In this document: positions 46,870-55,602 of the stretch, in pieces | Layout of the letters: the number at the start of each line of letters is the position of its first letter | Position numbering within the stretch: position 1 is the first letter of the stretch | NCBI GenBank assembly: GCA_028719205.1 | Contig: JAQUKH010000015.1 | Coordinates: 1 to 55,922 of the forward strand | Length of the DNA: 55,922 nucleotides | Origin: a bacterium | Lineage (GTDB): Bacteria > JACRDZ01 > JAQUKH01 | Reading direction: 5' to 3' | The notes under the pieces: generated by a model | The model's input: only the letters and a program-made list of their open reading frames with translations | Databases searched by the model: none | Told to the model about the DNA's origin: nothing | Position numbers and translations under genes: made by a program

Positions 46870-48714
46870 GTGAAAAAAAATATATTCCTTTGTTTTTTAC
46901 TATTTTTTGTTTTAGTTTATTTTGGAAATAACCGGGCTGAAGAGCTGGATGTCCAGGTTAATAGCGTAGATGTAAGTATAGTTGAAAATTCGTGTAAGAT
47001 CGATATAAAATTAGACCGTGAAGCCGATTATAAGCTGCTGGAATTGAAAGATAAAAAATTTCTTGTATTTGATATTTTAGATTCCGTTTCAAATTTAAAG
47101 AGCGCTAATCAGTACCTGAGCAATTCATTTATTAAAATAATTCGTTCAAGCCAATATCAGATCACTCCAATAAAGATCGTAAGGCTGGTTTTTGAATTAC
47201 AGGAGATGTTTCCATACAAGATCGAAAAAAATAATTCAGGATTTACGATTGTTTTAGAAAAAGGAGATCCTGAAACCATATCAAATAAAGTTTTGGAAAA
47301 TAAAGAAGAGCCGAAAGCAGAGAAAACAAATATGACAGAAGGGACGGAAGAAAGCGGCTTAATTTCGATGGACTTTCGTGAAGTGGATATTAATAATGTC
47401 TTGAGAATGTTTTCGTATAAAAGCGGATTAAATATTGTCGCGGGCAGTGAGGTACAGGGAAAGATTACCCTTAGATTGTCCAAGGTTCCCTGGGAGCAGG
47501 CCCTAAAGACAATTCTTGAAATAAACGGTTTTACATATGAAAAAACAGGAAATATAATTCGGGTGGCGTCTGTTGCCAAAATAAAGTCAGATCAGAAGGC
47601 TCGCGTGGAAGAAGAACTGTCTAACCTTAAGGCTGTGGAATCCGCTAAACCTTTGATACCTTTAAATACCAAAACTATATTTGTCAGTTACGCCTCTGTT
47701 GATGAAATGAAAGAGACACTGTTGAAAATAATTAGTGAACGTGGAAGTATAATGACTGATAAAAGAACTAATTCGATGGTTATAAGCGATATACCTGAAA
47801 ATATTAAAAAGATCGAAGAAATGGTTGCTATTCTGGACAGAAGGACTCCGCAGGTAATAATTGAAAGTAAATTAATACAAATAAAAAGCGATGATACAAA
47901 GCGTTTGGGAATAAACTGGGGTGCGCCTGATGGAACAGCCGGCGGGATAAAGACAATTAATCCGAATGGCAGGGCGAATATTGATGTCGGAATGCTTCCC
48001 GCAGTTTCAGGAACAAGTAATATCACGGTTGGCACTGTATTTGATAATTTCGCGCTTAATGCCGCCTTGCACGCGATGCTTGATATGGGAACAACGGAAT
48101 TATTAGCTAGCCCTAAGGTTTGCACGCTGGATAATGAAAAGGCAATTATTACTATTGGTAAAAAGGTTCCGATAAGGCTTTTAGATGAAGACGGGCGTCC
48201 GGTAACAAGATTAGTTCCTGTTGGAATTAAATTAGAAGTGAAGCCTCATATTACTGCTGATAACCATATTTCGATGCAAATCAAACCCGAGGTTAGTTTT
48301 ATAGAACCTCAACCTGTTTCGAAGGGAGAGATCGAGATAAATACTACTGAAGCGGAAACTTTTGTAATGGTTAAAGATTCCCAGACTGCTGTTATTGGAG
48401 GATTGATAAGAAAGGATATTAGTGAAACAGAAAACAAGGTTCCGTTCTTAAGCAATATTCCATTCCTTGGTTTTTTATTTAAAAACAAAGCAAATTCTGA
48501 TAGCCGCAACGAACTTTTGATATTTGTTTCTCCGCATATTATTACAGATGATGAAATGCAGAATGACGCGTTCCTTGGGTTGAAGAGGATGGAGGAAATT
48601 GACCTCGAGAAAAGTCCCGAAGAAATTGAAAAACAAAACGCAGCGAGGGAAAGTAAATTTAAAGGGAGAAGCAAAGCCAAAGAAGAAAATAAAGTTAAAG
48701 AGGAAAGCAAATAA
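46870..48714 (+). CDS. pilQ: Type IV pilus secretin PilQ (AMIN + N domains + secretin)
   Basis: ISMDFREVDINNVL, VPWEQAL, DKRTNSMVI, PQVIIE, KVPFLSNIPFLGFLF, ELLIFVSPHI. Confidence 0.95.
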   Translation: MKKNIFLCFLLFFVLVYFGNNRAEELDVQVNSVDVSIVENSCKIDIKLDREADYKLLELKDKKFLVFDILDSVSNLKSANQYLSNSFIKIIRSSQYQITPIKIVRLVFELQEMFPYKIEKNNSGFTIVLEKGDPETISNKVLENKEEPKAEKTNMTEGTEESGLISMDFREVDINNVLRMFSYKSGLNIVAGSEVQGKITLRLSKVPWEQALKTILEINGFTYEKTGNIIRVASVAKIKSDQKARVEEELSNLKAVESAKPLIPLNTKTIFVSYASVDEMKETLLKIISERGSIMTDKRTNSMVISDIPENIKKIEEMVAILDRRTPQVIIESKLIQIKSDDTKRLGINWGAPDGTAGGIKTINPNGRANIDVGMLPAVSGTSNITVGTVFDNFALNAALHAMLDMGTTELLASPKVCTLDNEKAIITIGKKVPIRLLDEDGRPVTRLVPVGIKLEVKPHITADNHISMQIKPEVSFIEPQPVSKGEIEINTTEAETFVMVKDSQTAVIGGLIRKDISETENKVPFLSNIPFLGFLFKNKANSDSRNELLIFVSPHIITDDEMQNDAFLGLKRMEEIDLEKSPEEIEKQNAARESKFKGRSKAKEENKVKEESK

Positions 48715-48721
48715 GGATAGT

Positions 48722-49828
48722 ATGATTAGATTTTTAACTGCAGGTGAATCACATGGCAAGAGCTTAACCGCGATAATAGAAGGATTACCGGCTGGTTTGA
48801 AAATAGATTTTGCATTTATCAATCAGGAATTAGCACGAAGGCAGATTGGTTATGGCCGCGGCCCGAGAATGAAATTGGAAAAAGATACTGTGGAAATAAC
48901 AGCCGGCGTACGTTATGGAAAGACGTTAGGAAGCCCTGTTGTTCTTACCGTTCCGAATCTTGATTGGCCAAATTGGGAAAAGATAATGTCTGTGTCTTTG
49001 GATCCGTCAGGTGACTATAAAAGGATCACAAGGCCGCGTCCGGGACATGCTGATTTTGCCGGGTCTATCAAATATCATTATGATGATATTCGCAATGTTC
49101 TTGAGCGTTCCAGCGCCAGAGAAACAACTATGCGTGTGGCGGCAGGGGCTGTTTGTAAGCTTTTTTTAAAAGAGTTTGACATTAATGTATCCGCGAAAGT
49201 CCTTGAGATCGGTGGAATAAAAGCATCTGATACAAATTCCGGAAAAAAGATAGAAGCGAAAATTGATAACGCGGCAAAGAATGGTGATAGCCTTGGCGGA
49301 ATCTTTGAGATACTGGTTATTAACGCGCCGATCGGTTTAGGAACTTATGTCCATTGGGATAGGAGATTAGACGGGAAATTAGCTCAGGCGGTAATGAGTA
49401 TCCCGGCGATAAAAGGAGTAGAGATCGGTTTGGGATTTGAAGCAGGCAGAAGGCTTGGTTCAGATGTCCATGATGAGATTTTTTATAAGGGCAGGCCAGG
49501 TGAGGGGGAGTATTACAGAAAGACAAATAACGCGGGCGGCCTGGAAGGCGGGATGACAAACGGTGAAACAATAATTATCAAGGCTGTAATGAAGCCGATA
49601 CCTACCTTAAAAAAACCTCTTTCTTCTGTTGACATGCAAACGAAAAAAATGGTAGACGCGGGTTATGAAAGGTCCGATGTATGCGCGGTACAGGCGGCAT
49701 CAGTTATTGGAGAAGCAATGACTGCCATTGTTATGACGGATACTTTTATGGAAAAATTCGGGGGAGATTCAATGGATGAAATAAAGGCCGGATTTTCTTA
49801 CTTTAAAAAGTATGTTAAGAAATCGTGA
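48722..49828 (+). CDS. aroC: Chorismate synthase
   Basis: MIRFLTAGESHG, RPGHAD, ERSSARET, NNAGGLEGG, MKPIPTL, ERSDVC. Confidence 0.97.
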   Translation: MIRFLTAGESHGKSLTAIIEGLPAGLKIDFAFINQELARRQIGYGRGPRMKLEKDTVEITAGVRYGKTLGSPVVLTVPNLDWPNWEKIMSVSLDPSGDYKRITRPRPGHADFAGSIKYHYDDIRNVLERSSARETTMRVAAGAVCKLFLKEFDINVSAKVLEIGGIKASDTNSGKKIEAKIDNAAKNGDSLGGIFEILVINAPIGLGTYVHWDRRLDGKLAQAVMSIPAIKGVEIGLGFEAGRRLGSDVHDEIFYKGRPGEGEYYRKTNNAGGLEGGMTNGETIIIKAVMKPIPTLKKPLSSVDMQTKKMVDAGYERSDVCAVQAASVIGEAMTAIVMTDTFMEKFGGDSMDEIKAGFSYFKKYVKKS

Positions 49829-51714
49829 GACGGGTCATTTACATCCTGTTTACTATTCTTTTTTTTCTTTCAGTATTCTTAAGCTCCGGCGCGGGAATTG
49901 TTTCTATTAAATCCCTTGAAATATTGACCTTTTCACTGTTGTGTGTTTTCATATACCGTTCATTTCATCAGAAAAAAGTTGTATTAAAAAGAACAAATTT
50001 TGACCTGAGTATAGCCTTCCTCTTTATTTTTTCAACATTAAATTATTTATTGAATTTTAATTCGTTTTTCGCGCGCGAGGAATGGATCAAGATAATCAGC
50101 CTGATAATCCTTTATTATCTTCTGGTAAATTTTATTGAAAGTGATAAAGAAGCGGAAAGATTTATTAATATTTTTCTTTTATTTGCCTTTGTTGAATCAA
50201 TATTCGCGCTTGGTAAAAAATTTTATTTTGGGGAGGCCCGGCTGGCCGGAACCCTGGCAAGTCCGAATTTTCTTATGGGTTTTCTTCTGCCTTTATGTGT
50301 ATTTATTCCTGATAAAATAGTAGCCGGTATAAAAGATAAAAAAAATATTAAAATATTCTATTATTTGGTTTTATCAGTTTTAGTTTTTATTTCATTGATA
50401 TATTCACGATCACGCGCGGGATTATTATTGCTTTCATTGATCATCTTATTCCTGGTTTATGAGAAATTCAATTTTACAAAATGGTTTTTTGCGATTCTCA
50501 GCGTTTTTGTCCTGGCGATATTCTTAACTCCAAATATGAAAAGATTTCTGGATTTTGGGAACCAGGATATTCTTTCATATTACCGGTTATCCATATGGAA
50601 AAGCAGTATCCGGATGATAAGTGATAATTTCTGGACAGGCGTTGGGCTTGGTAATTTTAAAAACAGCTATCTTGCCTTTCGCCTGCCTATTAAGGGAGCA
50701 ATCAGCCAATACGGGAGATTCGCGCAATTCGCGCATAATGAATTCCTGGAATTAGGCGCGGAAATAGGTTTTGCCGGTATTATTATCGGCCTCATATTTC
50801 TGGCTAAATATATTCTTTCCGTGAAAGAAAAAAAGAATAGTAAATTAGTTATAAATATTTACATTGCAGGCGGTTTAATTTTATTCCAAAGTATTTTTGA
50901 CTATAATTTTCATCATCCGGGAATTGCTATTTTATTTGTTTTCTTATTGGCATCACAGGAGAGTTTAACCTGTAAAGAAGAGAAAATAATTAATTTACCA
51001 AGTTCTTATTTATCCTATTTAACGCTTATACCGGTTGCGATGTTTATGTTTTTTACTTATTTTCCCGTTTTTGCGTTTTATGAGACAAAACTGGGATTTA
51101 ATGATCTGCAAAAAAATGATGTTAAATCGGCCGCGGGGCATTTTGAAAGGGCTATCAAGTGGGCTCCTGATATTGCTCCAATTAATTCTTATTTAGCGGA
51201 AACAATACTTCTGGATAAAAATGGCAGATCAAAAGAAGAAAGAATAGTAACAACCGAAAGATTTTATCAGCAGGCTATATATTATGAACATGATAATTCA
51301 GAATTTTATTTTAAATTAGCATCTTTTTATTATTATAATTATCCTAAGGATATGAATTTTTATTTAGCCGTCGCGACAATACAAAAAAGTTTTATTTATG
51401 ATCCTTATAACGCTTTTTATCCTTATTATCTTGCGCAATTCTATCTTTCCAGATTAAAATATAGTGAAGCGGAAAGATATTTCCTGAAAAGTATAGAACT
51501 TGAACCGAATCTTTTAAGGTCAAGGATCTATTTGGATTTCATTTACGGTAAGGAAAAAGAATATGAGAAGTCTAAGAAAAATTTAGTTGAAATAGTCAGA
51601 ATTGAAAAATTGAAAAATATGGCAATTACTGATTTTGAAATAAAATTAGTCAGCTGGCCGGAAGAAGACGCGGAATTTCTAGAAAAAGTTAAACAGGAAG
51701 AGGTTAAAAAATGA
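49825..51714 (+). CDS. O-antigen ligase-like (Wzy_C) membrane protein with C-terminal TPRs
   Basis: GTLASPN, SRSRAG, RLSIWKSSIRMISDNFWTGVGLGNF, AHNEFLELGAEIG. Confidence 0.88.
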   Translation: MRRVIYILFTILFFLSVFLSSGAGIVSIKSLEILTFSLLCVFIYRSFHQKKVVLKRTNFDLSIAFLFIFSTLNYLLNFNSFFAREEWIKIISLIILYYLLVNFIESDKEAERFINIFLLFAFVESIFALGKKFYFGEARLAGTLASPNFLMGFLLPLCVFIPDKIVAGIKDKKNIKIFYYLVLSVLVFISLIYSRSRAGLLLLSLIILFLVYEKFNFTKWFFAILSVFVLAIFLTPNMKRFLDFGNQDILSYYRLSIWKSSIRMISDNFWTGVGLGNFKNSYLAFRLPIKGAISQYGRFAQFAHNEFLELGAEIGFAGIIIGLIFLAKYILSVKEKKNSKLVINIYIAGGLILFQSIFDYNFHHPGIAILFVFLLASQESLTCKEEKIINLPSSYLSYLTLIPVAMFMFFTYFPVFAFYETKLGFNDLQKNDVKSAAGHFERAIKWAPDIAPINSYLAETILLDKNGRSKEERIVTTERFYQQAIYYEHDNSEFYFKLASFYYYNYPKDMNFYLAVATIQKSFIYDPYNAFYPYYLAQFYLSRLKYSEAERYFLKSIELEPNLLRSRIYLDFIYGKEKEYEKSKKNLVEIVRIEKLKNMAITDFEIKLVSWPEEDAEFLEKVKQEEVKK

Positions 51715-52220
51715 ATATTGTTTTAATTGGTTTTATGGCAACAGGGAAAACCATTCTGGGTAAATTACTGGCTGAAAGGCTGAATATGAAATTTATTGAC
51801 ACGGATGTTTTGATCGAAGAGAACGAAGGAAAAAAAATTTCAAAAATATTTGAAAAAGAAGGCGAGAAATATTTTCGTAATTTAGAAAAAGAGGTTATTA
51901 AGAAAGTTTCACGAAAAAATAATACGGTTATTTCTACGGGCGGCGGGGTTGTGCTTTTACCCGAAAATATTGAGCGGCTTAAGCGAAAAGGCATAATAAT
52001 TTGTTTGAAAACAAGGCCAGAAGTTATTTTAGAAAGAATAAAACTGCAAAAAGGTATTCGCCCGCTTTTAAATAAACCTGAACCGCTTAAAGAGATCAAA
52101 TCCATTCTTAAAAAACGCGCGCCTTATTACAAACAGGCGGATTTTACCATTGACACATCGGATTTTGAGGCGGAAAAAATAATAGACAGGATTTCAGGAA
52201 AGATTTTAAATAAATTTTGA
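51711..52220 (+). CDS. aroK: Shikimate kinase
   Basis: GFMATGKT, DTD, GEKYFR, STGGG, RPLL. Confidence 0.96.
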   Translation: MNIVLIGFMATGKTILGKLLAERLNMKFIDTDVLIEENEGKKISKIFEKEGEKYFRNLEKEVIKKVSRKNNTVISTGGGVVLLPENIERLKRKGIIICLKTRPEVILERIKLQKGIRPLLNKPEPLKEIKSILKKRAPYYKQADFTIDTSDFEAEKIIDRISGKILNKF

Positions 52221-52245
52221 CTTTTGACATAAAATAAATTATAAT
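52217..52245 (+). promoter_or_regulatory. Promoter of tRNA-Leu
   Basis: TTGACT-17-TATAAT. Confidence 0.65.
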
Positions 52246-52292
52246 ACAAATTCTTTAATAAGATAATAATTGTCGAATAAGTATTTGTTGGT

Positions 52293-52381
52293 GCCGGGGT
52301 GGCGGAACTGGTAGACGCAGTGGACTTAAAATCCACCGATGGGTAACTGTTGTGCCGGTTCGATTCCGGCCCCCGGCACCA
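52293..52381 (+). tRNA. tRNA-Leu(TAA)
   Basis: GCCGGGG/CCCCGGC acceptor stem, GTGGA-CT-TAA-AA-TCCAC anticodon arm, long variable arm, GGTTCGATTCC T loop, encoded CCA. Confidence 0.97.
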
Positions 52382-52440
52382 CTAATAAAAAAATAGTAAC
52401 GGGTAAATATCTAGGGTAGAAGTAAAAAATAAGGTTAAAA

Positions 52441-52575
52441 GGCCGGAATCGTGGGAAAGAGGTTTGGAGAAAACGGTAGTTTTCTTCAAGGGGTGACAGT
52501 CCGCCTAAGGCGGACGCAAGAGGGGCGGAGCCCCTATTGAGAGCGAAGCGAGATTTCGGCCCCCGGCACCACTAA
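52441..52575 (+). repeat. Structured element ending in a duplicate of the tRNA 3' end
   Basis: 52552-52575 GATTTCGGCCCCCGGCACCACTAAT-like copy of the tRNA end with one mismatch; 52441-52450 is an inverted copy of the T-arm segment. Confidence 0.8.
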
Positions 52576-52708
52576 TTTTTTGCGTTAGCAAAAAATTAAA
52601 TAATTGTTAGTTTGAAGTTATAGTAAGATATTGAAAAAATAAATTTTGAAATACAAAGTATATTCTCCTTAAGTCCTTATATTTCTTTCCTAATAAGCTC
52701 CTGATTAT

Positions 52709-53443
52709 CTACATCATATTCAGTTCTAATGTGGGTATTCGTTTATTAACCCAGCTTCTTATTAAATCTTCATTTTTTATCGACATATCCTTTCCGAGTA
52801 TAATACTTGCTAAAAGTTCAGGTGGTTCTATTTTAATTGGAGGTTGTATTAATGAAGGAGTAACAATTCTAATTTCTTCTTCATTAATCCAATCATTTTT
52901 TTTGTTGAAAAAGAATATGAAACTCATAGGCATATTTGTGACGTCTATTGGTGTAATATTATCAGTATAATTAACTTCAAAGGCTGTTTTAAATATACCA
53001 TCATTAAAAAATTCAAGGCAATATCCTTTATGACTATCTGCATAGTTTGCCCATAAACTCATATTGTTCCAACGCTTTGATAATGAATATATTCGATTAT
53101 TCTTATCTAATTCATTATACATTTTTTTACAAAGGTCATTACGTAATTCATCACCTTCTGATTTGTTTACCATATTTTCAATTATTTTATAATGAAACAC
53201 TCTTTCTGTAAGGTTTAAATTAGGATTATCTAAAATAAATGAATCCCATATAAAAGTTATAAATTTATCTTTTGGTGAATTGGACAATTTTGGTCTTCCC
53301 TCTGCAGGATCATTTAGTTCACTTGGACGTGGGAAATATAGTTCATTTTTTAAAATAATTGATTCTAAATAACTAATTTTGGAATCTTTTGCACTACCAT
53401 ATTTATAAAGATGTTTTCCTTTGGGTTTAATTAAATTATCCAT
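52709..53443 (-). CDS. DUF2971-like protein
   Basis: LYKY, LYFPRPSELNDPAEG, SLWANYADSHKGYCLEF, KKNDWINEEEIR, SIILG. Confidence 0.8.
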   Translation of the reverse strand: MDNLIKPKGKHLYKYGSAKDSKISYLESIILKNELYFPRPSELNDPAEGRPKLSNSPKDKFITFIWDSFILDNPNLNLTERVFHYKIIENMVNKSEGDELRNDLCKKMYNELDKNNRIYSLSKRWNNMSLWANYADSHKGYCLEFFNDGIFKTAFEVNYTDNITPIDVTNMPMSFIFFFNKKNDWINEEEIRIVTPSLIQPPIKIEPPELLASIILGKDMSIKNEDLIRSWVNKRIPTLELNMM

Positions 53444-53639
53444 ATGCTATAAGTTATGCACATAAAAAAACAGTCAGAATATTTATAAATAGGAAAATAT
53501 TTTTCATAGAATAAAATAAATTATATTCACTTTTTCAAACAAAGGCAAGAAAAGAAGTTGGAAAGTAATATGAGCAAAAATAATTTGACATACCACTGTT
53601 TTTAGGATATTCTCAAAAAACTATATCAAAAAAAACTAT

Positions 53640-54485
53640 ATGAAAACAGCAATCATTCAAACACTAACAAACAACTTTGAATCTTATGCCAAAAAGACCG
53701 AAAGCGGAGTAGAGTTTTGGCTTGCTCGTGATTTGCAGTCTTTGTTGGGATATACAAAATGGGACAATTTTCTCAATGTTGTTTCAAAGGCAAAAACTGC
53801 CTGTGAAGTATCAGGCCATGAAATTTATGACCATTTTGCCGACGTCGGGAAAATGGTTTCTATTGGATCCGGAGCGGAAACTGAAATTTCCGATATTATG
53901 CTTACCCGCTACGCCTGCTATCTCATAGCCCAAAATGGTGACCCACGAAAAGAAGAAATTGCCTTTGCTCAAACCTATTTTGCTCTCCAAACAAGGAAAT
54001 TAGAAGTTATTGAGCGAAGATTACTTGAATCTGAACGGCTTTCTGCAAGAAAAAAATTAGCCGAAACAGAAAAAGAGCTTTCAGGGGTTATTTTTGAACA
54101 AACCGGAAGCGACAAAAATTTTGGGATTATTAGGAGCAAGGGGGACAAAGCATTATTTGGCTACACTACCGAACAAATGAAAAATAAGTGGCAAGTACCA
54201 AAAGGAAGAGCTTTGGCAGATTTTGCTCCAACAATTATTCTTAAAGCTAAAGATTTTGCCACTGAAATAACAATTTTTAACGCAAAAGCAAACCAGATGA
54301 AAACAGAACAGAAAATTTCCAATGAACACATTACCAACAATAAAAGCGTGAGAAAAACTTTAATTGAAAGAGGAATTAGGCCGGAAAGTCTGCCCGCTGA
54401 AGAAGATATTCAAAAAGTGGATAGAAAATTAAAATCAGAAGACAAAAAAGGTTTAAAAAATCCGCCCTCATTAGATAATAAATAA
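53640..54485 (+). CDS. dinD: DNA damage-inducible protein D (BRO-N domain)
   Basis: EFWLARDLQSLLGYTKWDNF, LTRYACYLIAQNGDPRKEEIAFAQTYFA, RGIRPESLPAEED. Confidence 0.92.
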   Translation: MKTAIIQTLTNNFESYAKKTESGVEFWLARDLQSLLGYTKWDNFLNVVSKAKTACEVSGHEIYDHFADVGKMVSIGSGAETEISDIMLTRYACYLIAQNGDPRKEEIAFAQTYFALQTRKLEVIERRLLESERLSARKKLAETEKELSGVIFEQTGSDKNFGIIRSKGDKALFGYTTEQMKNKWQVPKGRALADFAPTIILKAKDFATEITIFNAKANQMKTEQKISNEHITNNKSVRKTLIERGIRPESLPAEEDIQKVDRKLKSEDKKGLKNPPSLDNK

Positions 54486-54545
54486 TTCTATAAACCAACA
54501 AAAACCCTTTGACATATCGCCATTTTTAATATATTCTCTACAATC

Positions 54546-55277
54546 ATGCCCAATCTAAAAATCGGAAAAGTTATACTAGGCCGCGCCCCCGTTGTTGTCG
54601 GGACAATAACCGATTCAGAGGTAAATTCAGGTAAGCTCAAGGATAATATATTCAAAAAAATAGATATAGTCGAGATCCGCATCGATAGATTTAAAGATGT
54701 TTCCATTGATTACATAACCTCCGTGGTAAAAAAATTGAACGCCTCCCTTACTAACCCGATAATTGTCACAATAAGGGATAAAAAAGAGGGCGGGGAAAAA
54801 GCAATTACTGATGATGCAAGGTTTGAAATACTAAAGAATATTGTTCAATACATTGATTGTGTTGATATCGAGATAAATTCGAAATTGTTTAAAAATATAC
54901 CTTCTTTTTTCCATTTCAAAAAGAAGATCGTTATTGCCTCATATCATAATTTTAAAAATACACCGTCCAATGCTGCACTCGAAAAAATTCTTGCGAAAGG
55001 TAAAAAAAGCGGGGCGGATATTATTAAGATCGCTGTAATGGTAAATTCCAGAGATGATCTCGCGCAATTGATCAATTTTACTATTAAAAACAGGAAAAAA
55101 AATATTATAACGATCGCGATGGGGGATATAGGCCGTATTTCAAGGATCCTGAACCCGATATTAGGTTCACTTCTCACTTATGGATATGTAATTACTCCAT
55201 CGGCGCCGGGGCAACCGCCTGTTAATGAGATCATGGATCAGTTAAAATCATTTGACCCGGAATATAGTAAAAATTAG
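54546..55277 (+). CDS. aroD: Type I 3-dehydroquinate dehydratase
   Basis: DIVEIRID, TIRDKKEGG, SYHNFKNTP, ADIIKIA, AMGDIGRISR, SAPGQ. Confidence 0.95.
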   Translation: MPNLKIGKVILGRAPVVVGTITDSEVNSGKLKDNIFKKIDIVEIRIDRFKDVSIDYITSVVKKLNASLTNPIIVTIRDKKEGGEKAITDDARFEILKNIVQYIDCVDIEINSKLFKNIPSFFHFKKKIVIASYHNFKNTPSNAALEKILAKGKKSGADIIKIAVMVNSRDDLAQLINFTIKNRKKNIITIAMGDIGRISRILNPILGSLLTYGYVITPSAPGQPPVNEIMDQLKSFDPEYSKN

Positions 55278-55293
55278 TTTTACTGATTTTTGC

Positions 55294-55321
55294 TTGACAA
55301 TTCCTGGAATATAGTTATAAT
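55294..55321 (+). promoter_or_regulatory. infC operon promoter
   Basis: TTGACA-16-TATAAT. Confidence 0.75.
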
Positions 55322-55329
55322 ACATCATT

Positions 55330-55457
55330 ATCGAAGAAGAGGCAGATCCGCTTCTCACCTTACAGCTCAGGCTTGTTAAAGGTTAAAAAATTAAATATTA
55401 ATTAAAAATTAATTTTATTTTTCACGTTAAAGCGGATAGCAATATCCGCTTTTTTTA
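55330..55457 (+). ncRNA. L20 leader-like attenuator of infC(-rpmI-rplT)
   Basis: AGAGGCAGATCCGCTTCTCACCT resembles the Firmicutes L20 leader; terminator AAAGCGGATA-gcaa-TATCCGCTTTTTTT; upstream ATCCGCTT can pair with the terminator 5' arm. Confidence 0.75.
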
Positions 55458-55464
55458 TTAATGA

Positions 55465-55564
55465 AGACATTCCGATATGATCGGGATAGTCTGAATTAAC
55501 CCCGATGTTACATCGGGGTTCAATTCGTACTGTCATTTTTGTTCGTCCCGATGTTTTTCGGGAC
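55465..55564. repeat. Three tandem CCGA-Nx-TCGG palindromes in the infC 5' UTR
   Basis: ttccgatatgatcggga; aaccccgatgttacatcggggtt; gtcccgatgtttttcgggac. Confidence 0.75.
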
Positions 55565-55602
55565 TTCATAAATGATGTTCTCATTGAAAGGAGGTGTTAA
55601 AA

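Noticed and set aside
48599-48721. N-terminal extension of aroC
   Set aside because: Overlaps pilQ; the conserved MIRFLTAGESHG begins at 48722
53520-53640. LexA/SOS box upstream of dinD
   Set aside because: No CTGT-N8-ACAG or GAAC-N4-GTTC recognisable; only a short CAAAAAACTATAT tandem duplication
55465-55564. CRISPR array
   Set aside because: The palindromes differ in sequence and spacing, there are no identical repeats with unique spacers, and no cas genes are present
55402-55584. 60-aa minus-strand ORF
   Set aside because: Antisense to the L20 leader and hairpins of the infC UTR
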